Below, piece by piece: positions 19,244-29,428 of a DNA stretch of 64,000 nucleotides. Location of the stretch: assembly GCA_014728035.1 (NCBI GenBank), contig WJMJ01000128.1:1-64000 (forward strand), given 5' to 3'. Each line of letters starts with the position of its first letter. The stretch's first letter is position 1. Source of the stretch: Promethearchaeota archaeon. Lineage in GTDB: Archaea > Asgardarchaeota > Thorarchaeia > Thorarchaeales > Thorarchaeaceae. The position numbers and the translations under genes were made by a program. The notes below the pieces were generated by a model. It did not search any database. It was not told the DNA's origin and saw only the letters and a program-made list of their open reading frames with translations.

Positions 19244-20065
19244 ATGATAGGTTCTCTACAGATAACAGTGCCTGCAGGATGTATGAACGATTGTCCATTT
19301 TGTGTATACAGACAACATGCAACTCGATTCAGAACTACATGGCAGAGCAATCATGCAAGATGGTCTCGTGAGATAGAACGCAGAATTAGATATGCAGCAA
19401 GTAGAGTAGCTGCCATAATGATCACAAGTCACGGTGAACCAACCATCAATATCAATTACATTCGCGATATCATGAAGATAATTAATCGGGTGGCACCTGA
19501 ACTTACTCACGTTGAGATACAGACTAGTGGAGTCGGAGTAGACGACGAAAAACTAGATAGTCTCTATGAAGCGGGTATACGAGTTATCTCGTTATCAGTT
19601 CCTGCTTTACACGAAGAAGATATACTACGAATCATGAAGGTACCTTCAAAGAAGAACTATAGACCACTTGAACTGGTTTCCAAAATACGAGAGAAGGGCT
19701 TTGTTCTCAGATTATCTATTGCAATGACGGATTGGTTCGACGACTATGATTTAGAATATGTAATGGCCCTTTTGGTAAAGGATTGGAAACCAGATCAAGC
19801 CTCATTCAAGAAGCTTTACGGTGCAGACGAGATAGCAACAAAGAATTATGACAATCTGCTTGAAGATTTCAAGAAAGTAACAAGATACAGAAAGCTTGAA
19901 CTACTCGCATTAGGTGCATGGAAGTATGATGCTGATGGAATCGGAATTGTTTGGAATGATGACTGTATGGTTGCAGATGAAGGCGAGGAACCACGATATC
20001 TCATTCTTCAGCCTGATGGAAGATTATATACTCGTTGGGACACAAAGGGATCAGTGATTTTCTAA
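19244..20065 (+). CDS. Radical SAM protein of unknown function
   Basis: CMNDCPFC, MITSHGEP, EIQTSG. Confidence 0.85.
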   Translation: MIGSLQITVPAGCMNDCPFCVYRQHATRFRTTWQSNHARWSREIERRIRYAASRVAAIMITSHGEPTININYIRDIMKIINRVAPELTHVEIQTSGVGVDDEKLDSLYEAGIRVISLSVPALHEEDILRIMKVPSKKNYRPLELVSKIREKGFVLRLSIAMTDWFDDYDLEYVMALLVKDWKPDQASFKKLYGADEIATKNYDNLLEDFKKVTRYRKLELLALGAWKYDADGIGIVWNDDCMVADEGEEPRYLILQPDGRLYTRWDTKGSVIF

Positions 20066-20073
20066 GGTTATAA

Positions 20074-20886
20074 CTAATCAAAAAGCCCTCTTTCAGTTAA
20101 AATGTCTATCAAAAGCTTGGGCTCATCTGTGAAAATACCATCAACATCCATGTCTATAAGTTCCCCCATTGTTTCCTCATCATTGATAGTCCAGACATGA
20201 ACTGCTATATTTCTCTCATGAGCTGCATCAACAAATCTTTGAGTAACAACTTCAATTCGTCCACTATCTTTAGGAACCTGAAGAGCAAAATATCGTGGAT
20301 TTTTAGGAAGAAATCGCTCCATATGTGCAACCATTCCAAGAACAAATCGTTTTACCTCTCTAGGACTTGCAGCTGTCTTAATATCGGATGCTAGCCCTCT
20401 CATTCGCTCAATCTGCTTTGTATGGAATGAGCCGACGATAACACGTTTTTTTGCTCCTAGGCGAGTTAGTAAATCAATTAACATCTGTGGAAACTCATCA
20501 ATTTCATCCTTAATGTCAAGGTTAAATTTCGTCTTCGGAAAGGTTGTTAATGCTTTCTCAAGTGTTGCAATCTTATACCCCTGCCCTTTGAATGGGAATG
20601 TTTCACCATCGAGAGTATAGTGTTCTCCCATATCAAAACCAAGTAGATCTTCCAAAGAGTAGTTTAGCAACACATCGGCTTCTCCGGTTAATCTTTCCAT
20701 GGTGTCATCGTGAAACAATACAATCTGGCCATCACCAGTAAGACGAATATCTGTTTCAATATAGTCAACACCAATATCAACAGCTGCTTTTATTGCCTCC
20801 AGTGTGTTCTCTGGTGCAGCTTTTGGGTCTCCTCTATGACCCATTATCAATGGACGATCAGTTTTTCGTAGGGGATTATCGGTCAT
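20074..20886 (-). CDS. Glycerophosphodiester phosphodiesterase
   Basis: GHRG..APENT, IETDIRLT.DG..VLFHD, HVWTIND, VDGIFTD. Confidence 0.93.
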   Translation of the reverse strand: MTDNPLRKTDRPLIMGHRGDPKAAPENTLEAIKAAVDIGVDYIETDIRLTGDGQIVLFHDDTMERLTGEADVLLNYSLEDLLGFDMGEHYTLDGETFPFKGQGYKIATLEKALTTFPKTKFNLDIKDEIDEFPQMLIDLLTRLGAKKRVIVGSFHTKQIERMRGLASDIKTAASPREVKRFVLGMVAHMERFLPKNPRYFALQVPKDSGRIEVVTQRFVDAAHERNIAVHVWTINDEETMGELIDMDVDGIFTDEPKLLIDILTERGLFD

Positions 20887-20997
20887 GATAGTAACACGTT
20901 GAACATTGTTAGCCATAAGTCTTCTTGATTTCGATTTTCGAAATCTATAATTGGACAAACTCTTAGCTCGCATTACCTGGATAGATAGTGGTTAAAT

Positions 20998-21618
20998 ATG
21001 ATGGCACAAGTTGAATGGACTAAATCAGGAATCCCATCAAAGGAAAGCATCATAGACGCTGCTGCTGCTGGAATGGTATCTCGTCATGATGACGAGTACA
21101 AGGAATTCATGCCGGATATTTCGTTTGAACGTGCGAAAGAGTTTCTTAAAAAGATGATTAGACTAGGACATGATAGTGTTTTGGAACATATTGTCTTTCA
21201 ATTTTGGGTCAGTATATCTAGAGTAGCATCACACCAACTTGTAAGACATAGAATAGCATCTTATACTCAAAAAAGTCACAGGAAAGAAAGGAAACTGACA
21301 TTGGATGATTTTGTCATCCCAGAACAACTTGATGGAAAAGATAGAGAAGAGTGGATTGACGATATTAAGAAGTACATTAAAACATATGAGAAATGGTTAG
21401 AGAAGGGATATGCTGTCGATATTGCTAGAAGAAAACTACCTCAAGAAACTCGTACAGACTTGATTATGACCATCAATGCAAGATCGCTTCGAAACTTTTT
21501 CAGACTTCGAGCTGAACATGTAGCTGATTTCGAGATAAGAGATATGGCTCTCAAGATGCATATGTTAATAGAAAAGGAAAATCTTATCTTCCTTTTTGAG
21601 GATATACCAATAGAATAA
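20998..21618 (+). CDS. thyX: Flavin-dependent thymidylate synthase
   Basis: GHDSVLEH, ISRVASHQLVRHRIASYTQKSHR, NARSLRNFFRLR. Confidence 0.93.
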   Translation: MMAQVEWTKSGIPSKESIIDAAAAGMVSRHDDEYKEFMPDISFERAKEFLKKMIRLGHDSVLEHIVFQFWVSISRVASHQLVRHRIASYTQKSHRKERKLTLDDFVIPEQLDGKDREEWIDDIKKYIKTYEKWLEKGYAVDIARRKLPQETRTDLIMTINARSLRNFFRLRAEHVADFEIRDMALKMHMLIEKENLIFLFEDIPIE

Positions 21619-21759
21619 CCATAGAAAATCAATCTGATACTATCAAAGTAACAGTCTTAAAAAAATTAGTATTGATAGTCACTATTGTGCTGTTTTTTAC
21701 GTTTGGTGAAACTGCATACCAAACGATAATTGGCTTGCTTCATGGATTTTTCAGATTGT

Positions 21760-21795
21760 AAAAAAGAGGGAAAAAGGAGCACCTGTGAGTGCTCC
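21760..21795 (-). terminator. por operon terminator
   Basis: GGAGCAC-N6-GTGCTCC followed on the minus strand by TTTTTCCCTCTTTTT. Confidence 0.7.
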
Positions 21796-21803
21796 AATAT
21801 TGA

Positions 21804-22760
21804 TTATTCTACACCGCATTTCTTCTTGAGCAGTTCCCAGTCCTCTTTAATCCAGGTCTGAATCTGCTTTCTGAAATCTTCCCACTGTGGGTCTTTGAAT
21901 AAGTGTCTAAATTGACCCTGTGGTTTCATGTAGTCATCGACAGGAGTTAGCTCCTTCAGCCGCTTACTTGGACCGGACATGATGTATTCTTCACCATCAA
22001 TAATCTCATAGAGAGGGTGAATACCAGTCTCAACAGCAAGTTTGGCTAATTCCATGCTTTTAGCAGTGTCAGACCTCCAACCTCGTGGACATGGAGAGTA
22101 TGCATGAATGAATGCAGGACCCTCAACTTCAAGCGCCTTGCGAAACTTGTTGATGAAGTCTCGATGGTGGTAAGGAGTAACTGTTGCGACATAGGGAATC
22201 TTGTGAGCGGCTACAATCTCAGCGATTGGTTTCTTCCGCTGTTGCTTGCCGGGTTCAACTTTTCCTGCCCAAGAGGTAGTAGTTTCTTGACCAGGGAGTG
22301 TAGCACCTGAACGTTGGATACCGGTGTTCTGGTATGCTCCGTTGTCGTAGACCATGTATACAATATCATGGCCCCGTTCGAGCATTCCACTTAGAGAGCC
22401 AAACCCAATATCAAAGGTACCACCATCTCCACCGATGGCAACAACATCAACATGTTCGTGCTCAAAACGTCCCTTTTGATGCATCACCTTGTATGCTTCA
22501 GCGACACCAGAGGCGACTGCTGAGGCATTCTCGAAGGCCACATGGATCCAGGGAATCTCCCAAGCTGTGTAAGGATATATTGTTGTAGCGACCTCAAGAC
22601 ATCCTGTTGCCTCACATACCACTGTTGGACCGCGTAGTGCCATACCCATGAGTTTGACAACGGTAGGTGCTGCGCAACCTGCACACATTCTGTGACCTGA
22701 TGAAAGAATCTGGTCTTTCTCAATCATATCTTTGATTCGTACTGCTGCTTCTTCAGTCAT
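21804..22760 (-). CDS. porB: Pyruvate/2-oxoacid:ferredoxin oxidoreductase beta subunit
   Basis: GHRMCAGC, GGDGGTFDIG, DNGAYQNTGIQRS, SPCPRGW. Confidence 0.93.
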   Translation of the reverse strand: MTEEAAVRIKDMIEKDQILSSGHRMCAGCAAPTVVKLMGMALRGPTVVCEATGCLEVATTIYPYTAWEIPWIHVAFENASAVASGVAEAYKVMHQKGRFEHEHVDVVAIGGDGGTFDIGFGSLSGMLERGHDIVYMVYDNGAYQNTGIQRSGATLPGQETTTSWAGKVEPGKQQRKKPIAEIVAAHKIPYVATVTPYHHRDFINKFRKALEVEGPAFIHAYSPCPRGWRSDTAKSMELAKLAVETGIHPLYEIIDGEEYIMSGPSKRLKELTPVDDYMKPQGQFRHLFKDPQWEDFRKQIQTWIKEDWELLKKKCGVE

Positions 22761-23962
22761 TATTTTCTAACCCCCAGTGTTTCATAGAGTGGAGCTTTGC
22801 CTTTCTCAAGATACTTCTTCGTTTTCTTGAATCCTTCAACAAAGGTAGTTGGTGGCACATCACGGCCTCCGAGTCCCACTACAAAGTCAGCAATCAACGG
22901 GCGTTTCTCTGCTTCATAGAGTGCACTGCGAATTTCAAGAGCTAATGGATGAGTAACTGCTCCAAAGGACATTGCTTTCTCAAAAATCATAACAGCCTTT
23001 GCATCACCAACAGCTTTCTTGATGGCTTCAACAGGGAATGGTCTGAACATCTTCAATCGGATGACCCCGACCTTCTCACCCTGTTCACGAAGTACATCAG
23101 CGACAACTTTTGCGGTTCCGCCCATGGTACTCATTGCAATAATGATGATTTCAGCATCTTCAGTCTTGTATTCCTCAATCATTCCATAGGATCGTCCTGT
23201 GAGTTTTTCAAACTCCTTCTCGACTTTCTTGTAAATCTTTGGAACTTCTTGGATTGCACGGTCCTGTTGCTCCTTAAATTCAAAGTAATAATCCGTAAGA
23301 GCAAGTGGGCCCATTGTGATTGGTTTGTCTGGATGCAGTGGTAAAACTGGTTCACGAACACCTAAGAAATCAGTTACAACTTCAGTTGGAAGCATCTCGA
23401 CTCGTTCAACATTGTGACTTAGAATGAATCCATCAATACCCACCATTACAGGTAAGAGTACATCATGGTCTTCGGCTAATTTAAATGACATAATAGTTGT
23501 GTCATAGGCTTCTTGTGAACTCTGACAATAGAGTTGTACAAATCCACTATCACGCATTCCCATACCATCTGAGTGGTCATTGTGAATGTTGATCGGAGCG
23601 CTCAATGCTCTATTTGCGACAGTAAACACAATCGGCATGCGCATTGACGCTGCACAGTAGAGAATTTCCCACATAAGCGCAAGTCCTGCTGATGCAGATG
23701 CGGTAGCTACTCGTGCTCCGGTTGCTGAAGCTCCAACACATGCAGACATTGCACTGTGTTCAGACTCTACAGGTATGACAGCGGTCTGTACCTCACCATC
23801 TGCTGCGAACTTTTGAAAGTCTTCTACGATGATGGTCTGAGGTGTGATGGGATATGCTGCAAGAACATCAAGGTCGCACTGCTTGAGTGCATGAGCAATT
23901 GCTGCATCGCCAGTCAGGCCTTCGATTGAAATCTTCTCTTTTGCTACTGTCATATTATTCAT
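22760..23962 (-). CDS. porA: Pyruvate/2-oxoacid:ferredoxin oxidoreductase alpha subunit
   Basis: AYPITPQT, ESEHSAMS, NRALSAPINIHNDHSD, GLGGRD. Confidence 0.93.
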   Translation of the reverse strand: MNNMTVAKEKISIEGLTGDAAIAHALKQCDLDVLAAYPITPQTIIVEDFQKFAADGEVQTAVIPVESEHSAMSACVGASATGARVATASASAGLALMWEILYCAASMRMPIVFTVANRALSAPINIHNDHSDGMGMRDSGFVQLYCQSSQEAYDTTIMSFKLAEDHDVLLPVMVGIDGFILSHNVERVEMLPTEVVTDFLGVREPVLPLHPDKPITMGPLALTDYYFEFKEQQDRAIQEVPKIYKKVEKEFEKLTGRSYGMIEEYKTEDAEIIIIAMSTMGGTAKVVADVLREQGEKVGVIRLKMFRPFPVEAIKKAVGDAKAVMIFEKAMSFGAVTHPLALEIRSALYEAEKRPLIADFVVGLGGRDVPPTTFVEGFKKTKKYLEKGKAPLYETLGVRK

Positions 23963-24251
23963 TCTCCATGGTTATGCTGTCTGTTGGGCATTCGTTAGCA
24001 CAAATACCACATCCCTTACAGTAGTCATAATTGTAAGCGTAAGCGTGGTTTCCATCCTTCTCAGTAAGAATCACAGCCATATCTGGACAGTATATCCAGC
24101 ATTTTCCACAAGTTCCGTTTTTCACCCATAAACAAGTTTCAGGGTTATGTACGGGCCTCTGGGAGCGCCAGCCACCAGTTTTGTATTCAGTTGCGTTGCC
24201 AGGCTTGATTATATTACCAGCCATTGGAATCTCGTCAAACTTTTCGCTCAT
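23955..24251 (-). CDS. porD: Oxidoreductase delta subunit (ferredoxin-type)
   Basis: TGGWRSQRP, CGKCWIYCPD, YDYCKGCGICANECP. Confidence 0.93.
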   Translation of the reverse strand: MSEKFDEIPMAGNIIKPGNATEYKTGGWRSQRPVHNPETCLWVKNGTCGKCWIYCPDMAVILTEKDGNHAYAYNYDYCKGCGICANECPTDSITMENE

Positions 24252-24823
24252 CCTACTTGAGCCTCCTCTACTGCCTTTTCCATTGCGGCTTTGTTAAGTT
24301 CTCCAATCTTTCCAGGGTATCGTTCGAGTACTGCTTCAATCGCAGTATCGATTTTTACCGTGCCAACAGCGTGAACAGCTGAAGCCATGGTGGGCATGTT
24401 GTAAAATGGACGACCAAGTATATCTAAAGCAATAGTGGTAGCATCCACTGTGACAACTTTACCAGTTTTGAAATCGTATTTCTCACGAACTTCATCAGGG
24501 GAAAGAGTAGTGTTAAGAACAAGAGTCCCTTCTTCTTTCAATCCTTCAACAGGATTTACAACCTCCAGTAGCGTTGGGTCAATACAGACCACTACGTCAG
24601 GATTGTAGACCTGTGCATAAATTTGAATGGGATTCTTGCTAATTCTCAGGAACGCCCTCACTGGTGCCCCTGTTCTCTCAGGGCCAAACTCGGGGAAGGC
24701 TTGGATATAATTGCCTTCTGCAAGGGCGGCCTTACCTAGCATCTGGTTCGAAGTGACAACTCCTTGGCCACCTCTTCCGTGCCATCTAAATTCGGTAATG
24801 CCTTTAGCAAAATCAAGTGCCAT
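24248..24823 (-). CDS. porG: Oxidoreductase gamma subunit
   Basis: EFRWHGRGGQG, QAFPEFGPERTGAPV. Confidence 0.93.
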   Translation of the reverse strand: MALDFAKGITEFRWHGRGGQGVVTSNQMLGKAALAEGNYIQAFPEFGPERTGAPVRAFLRISKNPIQIYAQVYNPDVVVCIDPTLLEVVNPVEGLKEEGTLVLNTTLSPDEVREKYDFKTGKVVTVDATTIALDILGRPFYNMPTMASAVHAVGTVKIDTAIEAVLERYPGKIGELNKAAMEKAVEEAQVG

Positions 24824-24941
24824 ATTTATTCTCACCTTCAGGGTGAACTATGGTGACTTCCCTTGGTCTATCCTTATGTATTTGATGGAGTGGTACATGA
24901 AAACCGATTGAATTCGATAAATGCGATGAAATCAGCGGTAG

Positions 24942-26159
24942 TTAGAATTTCTTAATCAAGAGAATTACCACAATGACAGATATCCCCGATAGAATAGATG
25001 CCATCACGACAATAGGAGTACCCATGCCACCAATCAGACCTGGAATGACTGAAATATCTACAGTGTCTTGATCTACATTGCCCCTAGCGTCACGAACTTC
25101 AAGTGTTATATTATGAACACCTGGTGAAAGATTGTCGATATCGACCGATATTGTTCTACCATGCCAAGGCATGATTTGTGGTTCATTTCCATCTAGTGAG
25201 AGTGAGTAGCTGTAAGGAAAGTCGTCACTTGCATTCCAAGATACAGTATTCCCACGAGTTTCATATTCAATTGTAATATCACTAGAGGGTTCAATTATTG
25301 GAAAATCTAAGTCAAGCAGTGTAACAGGAAAATGATCTCGTGAGCCCGCAGTTCCATCTATCTGATGCTCATCAGTTTGCTGAAGGTTGCTCCATCGATT
25401 TCCTTGGGCAATCCCATCATCCCAACGATTCCATGTGCCATCATCTTCTGCATTATTGAGTGGATGTATGTCATCAAATCCACCATTCCATCCAATGCTA
25501 TTATTGAACACAAGATGGCCTTCTGAAAACCCATCAAGTTCAATCCCAGATAGACTATTCCCATATATTTTGCATTGGGTAACTGTAGAGTTTTGGCCAC
25601 CAGAGATATCAATACCCTTAGCGTTATTGCTGGTAGTACACTTGATGGCAGTACAATTTCGTGAAGAGGACATTCTGATACCTGAATTACCATTATGAAA
25701 ACTACTGTTGATTATACTAAATTCTTCAACTCCAGACAATTCGATACCATATCTTGGATTACCAACAACAATGCAATCTTGAACAATCCCATTTCTTGTG
25801 TTTGTCATCAACAATGCAGCATTACTCCCACCTCCAATCAAGTAGCAATTTCGAATCACATAATGTGAGTCAATATTCCGTATGGATATACAAATAGTGC
25901 CGGAAATTCGAAGGTTCTCAATAACATATGGGTCTTCAACACTGCCAGATCCTGAAAATCCATGAGATGTAAAATCAAGGTCATCATTGATTGAGAAAGG
26001 AATATGCTCCTCGTAAGAAAGGGCATGGTTTGAAAGAGGTATGCTATTTGCAGAATGAACTGATGGAATATATGCTGTACACATGCATAATAAAATCAGC
26101 ATGACTAGACCCTTTGTCAAATAACCTTTCACCGTCATGGTTAATTCCACTAGAATCAT
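24942..26159 (-). CDS. NosD/pectin-lyase-like beta-helix surface protein with Ig-like domain
   Basis: Signal peptide, GFSGSGSVEDPYVIE, Asn/Ile coils, WDDGIAQGNRWS, C-terminal TM. Confidence 0.85.
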   Translation of the reverse strand: MILVELTMTVKGYLTKGLVMLILLCMCTAYIPSVHSANSIPLSNHALSYEEHIPFSINDDLDFTSHGFSGSGSVEDPYVIENLRISGTICISIRNIDSHYVIRNCYLIGGGSNAALLMTNTRNGIVQDCIVVGNPRYGIELSGVEEFSIINSSFHNGNSGIRMSSSRNCTAIKCTTSNNAKGIDISGGQNSTVTQCKIYGNSLSGIELDGFSEGHLVFNNSIGWNGGFDDIHPLNNAEDDGTWNRWDDGIAQGNRWSNLQQTDEHQIDGTAGSRDHFPVTLLDLDFPIIEPSSDITIEYETRGNTVSWNASDDFPYSYSLSLDGNEPQIMPWHGRTISVDIDNLSPGVHNITLEVRDARGNVDQDTVDISVIPGLIGGMGTPIVVMASILSGISVIVVILLIKKF

Positions 26160-28072
26160 GTTCTAAGTCTACGTTTAAGGATAACGACCAGAATAATTAC
26201 TGCTACGGAAATAGCGCTACCAACCAATATCATCAGAAGTAGAGGGCTGTCTCCCGAACCAACAGGTGGATAGGGATTTCTCTCGTATAAGGTCAATGGA
26301 AAATTATCTACACTATTAGCATCACCATCTATAGGATAGATTGCAGCTACCGACGGGTCGAAATCACTCCATGAGTTACCTTGACTTATTCCATCATCCC
26401 ACATATTCTCTGAGCCTTCATCACGAGCATTTCCTTCACCATTCCAACCAATAGCATTTCCAAAAATGAGATTATACTGACATGTAGAAGTGTACACGCC
26501 AAGATAGATTCCATATAGTGTGTTGTTGAATACTGCATTATTTCGAATGGTCACATTCGTTGTATCATATATGAATTCGATACCATTAGGTGAGTTGTTA
26601 TAAATCCGATTTCCAAATATCATTAATTCGAAACACACACCAACAGAGATTCCACCATGTTGCCAAGTAAATTTGCCATTATGGTGAATGTCATTGAATT
26701 CGATATAGCAATCTTTTGAAGAATACAGACTGATTCCTGCAACCACATTGTGATACAGTTCAACTTCACGAACTTCACAACCTTCACAGAAGATCAACTG
26801 GATACCAATAGAAGTATTATGAATACTTCCGGATTCAATAGTTACATCATCAGCATTTGTCAGGATTATCTGGCCGTAGATATCTGCACTAAGATTCACA
26901 TTGAAATCAGCGTTCGAGTAGTACAGAGGTTTTCCATTGACAATATTTGATTCTATAGTATGAATAGTTTGCGATATTGAACTAGCCACGAGTTCAATTC
27001 CACCATTAACAAAAACATTGTTGGAAATTTCAATACTGTTAGAATAAACAACTTGCAGACTGGAGCTCCCTTCAAAGTAATTTTCTAGGATTGTCAAGCT
27101 ATCTGATTCCAGAACGATTATACTTGAGCTGAATGCGAAAATGTCATTGTCGGAAATATGTGCATCATTTGAATGCCAAAGTCTCATTCCAACTGATACA
27201 TCATTCAATGCATTATTCTCAATTTTGAAATCACGGGAGAATTCTACCGCAATCCCATAATTAGCCGATGTGATGATGTTATCAGATACAATCCACCCAT
27301 AACCATCACCTGCTAAGACTAACACAACAGACAGCACTACAGCAGCTTCATTATAAGTTGGGCCACTATGATTCAGAATGGTGTTGTTTTCACAGATGCA
27401 ATTATAGGATACTCCACTCAGTAAGATAGATGCTTGACTACAAGATTGTATTGTGCTATTAGAAATAGTTGCATTCTCGGAAGTTATGATACCTATCCCA
27501 ATTATAGAAGTAGTCACTTGATTAAGTATAACATCAGTATTGTTGCATTCGAGTCCATAAATCGCTTGGAATGAGTGATGAACTGAATTATTTTGGATAG
27601 ATATTTCATTAACCGAATGAACCGAAATTCCCGAATCCTTGTCACGAATTATATTATCTGCTACTGTACCATGTGTCACATTTTCGAAATATATACCAGA
27701 ACCAAAATCAGGCCCAAAAAATGAATAAGGGGAAACTGAATCAATCCAGCATAAAGTGATTTCAAAGTAACTATGGATATTGGTGATATTGATACAGGTA
27801 ACATCAGAAGTGATATTTAATCCAGAAATTATGTATGGATCATTTTCTGTTCCAGAACCACCAAATCCTAATGTGCCAAAATCGCTTTCTTCGTCAATCA
27901 AGATAGGTGAGTGAGGAGTATAAGATCCAGTAGATATCTCTAGCGTGAAGTTTCCATTATCAGACTTGTCAGAAACAATATTTAGCTCCATAGGGTATGG
28001 ATTTTTGTTTATTGGTTGAAATAGTACGATTGATAGCAGCAAAACGCCAATGGTCAAGCTTCTTATTTTCAT
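26156..28072 (-). CDS. NosD-like beta-helix surface protein
   Basis: GFGGSGTENDPYII, beta-helix coils, NIVNGKPLYY insert, WDDGISQGNSWSD, C-terminal TM with basic tail. Confidence 0.85.
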   Translation of the reverse strand: MKIRSLTIGVLLLSIVLFQPINKNPYPMELNIVSDKSDNGNFTLEISTGSYTPHSPILIDEESDFGTLGFGGSGTENDPYIISGLNITSDVTCINITNIHSYFEITLCWIDSVSPYSFFGPDFGSGIYFENVTHGTVADNIIRDKDSGISVHSVNEISIQNNSVHHSFQAIYGLECNNTDVILNQVTTSIIGIGIITSENATISNSTIQSCSQASILLSGVSYNCICENNTILNHSGPTYNEAAVVLSVVLVLAGDGYGWIVSDNIITSANYGIAVEFSRDFKIENNALNDVSVGMRLWHSNDAHISDNDIFAFSSSIIVLESDSLTILENYFEGSSSLQVVYSNSIEISNNVFVNGGIELVASSISQTIHTIESNIVNGKPLYYSNADFNVNLSADIYGQIILTNADDVTIESGSIHNTSIGIQLIFCEGCEVREVELYHNVVAGISLYSSKDCYIEFNDIHHNGKFTWQHGGISVGVCFELMIFGNRIYNNSPNGIEFIYDTTNVTIRNNAVFNNTLYGIYLGVYTSTCQYNLIFGNAIGWNGEGNARDEGSENMWDDGISQGNSWSDFDPSVAAIYPIDGDANSVDNFPLTLYERNPYPPVGSGDSPLLLMILVGSAISVAVIILVVILKRRLRT

Positions 28073-28185
28073 AATCTCTCCTCAAATATTGTACAGTGAA
28101 TACGAGTCCAAACGAATATGAATTCTTGTTTTGAAAGAATAAAAAATCTACGCGGAGAAACGGACTCGATATATTAAATCGACAA

Positions 28186-29349
28186 TCATTTCTTTCTTTT
28201 AATAATCAAGATGATAATGACGATGACAATTCCAGCACCAAATGCACCCAAAAGTAATGGATTCAATCCCATTGAAGGCATAGTAGGGTCAGCATCAATA
28301 CTGGCCCGAGGATAGGGATCCTGATTTTCCGCAGCTCCATCAATTGCATAGGGAAAATCAATGATATCATCATCGTTAGCGTCAGGAGCAATCCAATCAG
28401 AATAGAAATTGAACATGAATTCATTATTTGCTCCAGCATCATAACACTGACTAGTACCAGTATTTTGTACAAACGAATTCCATGTAATAGAGTTATTTAC
28501 AGAATTACTCGAAAGAGAAACCCCGTAGTCGGAGTTCATTCCTATAAGATTTCGAAAAACCAATCCATCACTTGATGACCGAAAAGCAATACCAACTCCG
28601 TCATTAGATTCTATTACACAATTGTCAATATTGATGGCTTCACATGAAGTCAGATTTACTCCATCTAGACCAGAGTAGGTTATCTCATTGCGTGCGATGT
28701 TTATGGATGATGAAGAAGACAATCTGACAGCATCAGATGTTGAGTTAACAATATCATTATCTTCAATTGACAGTGTATCAGTGTCAATGGAAAGAATACC
28801 ATTATCTCCGTTATGTTCAATATCACTTTCACGGATTGTAACATTGCTACAGGAAGATTTCATTTCAATTCCTTGAGCCGTGTTACTATGAATATCACAG
28901 AGTTGAATCATAACATTTTCACAATTTGAGAGAAGAATGCCTGATGACCGATTATAGATTTCTACATTGAGTATTCTTCCGTTTGATACCTGATTTAGAA
29001 AAATTCCGGTCCATGTTCCACTTCCATTAATTATACAATCAGAAAGTAAGAAGTAAACTGAAGTATCGGAAATACTAATCGCATGAGTAGTTGTATTATC
29101 AAATTGATATCCAGTTATCACATACGGATCGCTAAACACTCCAGATCCGGTCCACCCTTCCGATATCGCAAGATTCTGAAAATCCAGATTACTGGTTATT
29201 AAAATAGGATCATGATACGCTATACTAGTGTCAATAAATTTAGGGGATTGCCAAGTCTTCTTGGTTGAATCCAGAGGATATACATACATCATAGTAGTTA
29301 TCAAAATCAAAAGGAGAAGGAAACTGGTTTTTTTATTCATCTTCTTCAC
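28186..29349 (-). CDS. NosD-like beta-helix surface protein
   Basis: GWTGSGVFSDPYVI, coils, NFYSDW..PDANDD.I.D.PY.IDG, C-terminal TM. Confidence 0.85.
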   Translation of the reverse strand: MKKMNKKTSFLLLLILITTMMYVYPLDSTKKTWQSPKFIDTSIAYHDPILITSNLDFQNLAISEGWTGSGVFSDPYVITGYQFDNTTTHAISISDTSVYFLLSDCIINGSGTWTGIFLNQVSNGRILNVEIYNRSSGILLSNCENVMIQLCDIHSNTAQGIEMKSSCSNVTIRESDIEHNGDNGILSIDTDTLSIEDNDIVNSTSDAVRLSSSSSINIARNEITYSGLDGVNLTSCEAINIDNCVIESNDGVGIAFRSSSDGLVFRNLIGMNSDYGVSLSSNSVNNSITWNSFVQNTGTSQCYDAGANNEFMFNFYSDWIAPDANDDDIIDFPYAIDGAAENQDPYPRASIDADPTMPSMGLNPLLLGAFGAGIVIVIIILIIKRKK

Positions 29350-29428
29350 TCCAAGCTGAGATATGAAGGCATCAGACTCTGTGATAAGAGAAAGTCGTGT
29401 TCAGTTATAAGGAATACTTTTTGAAAAT

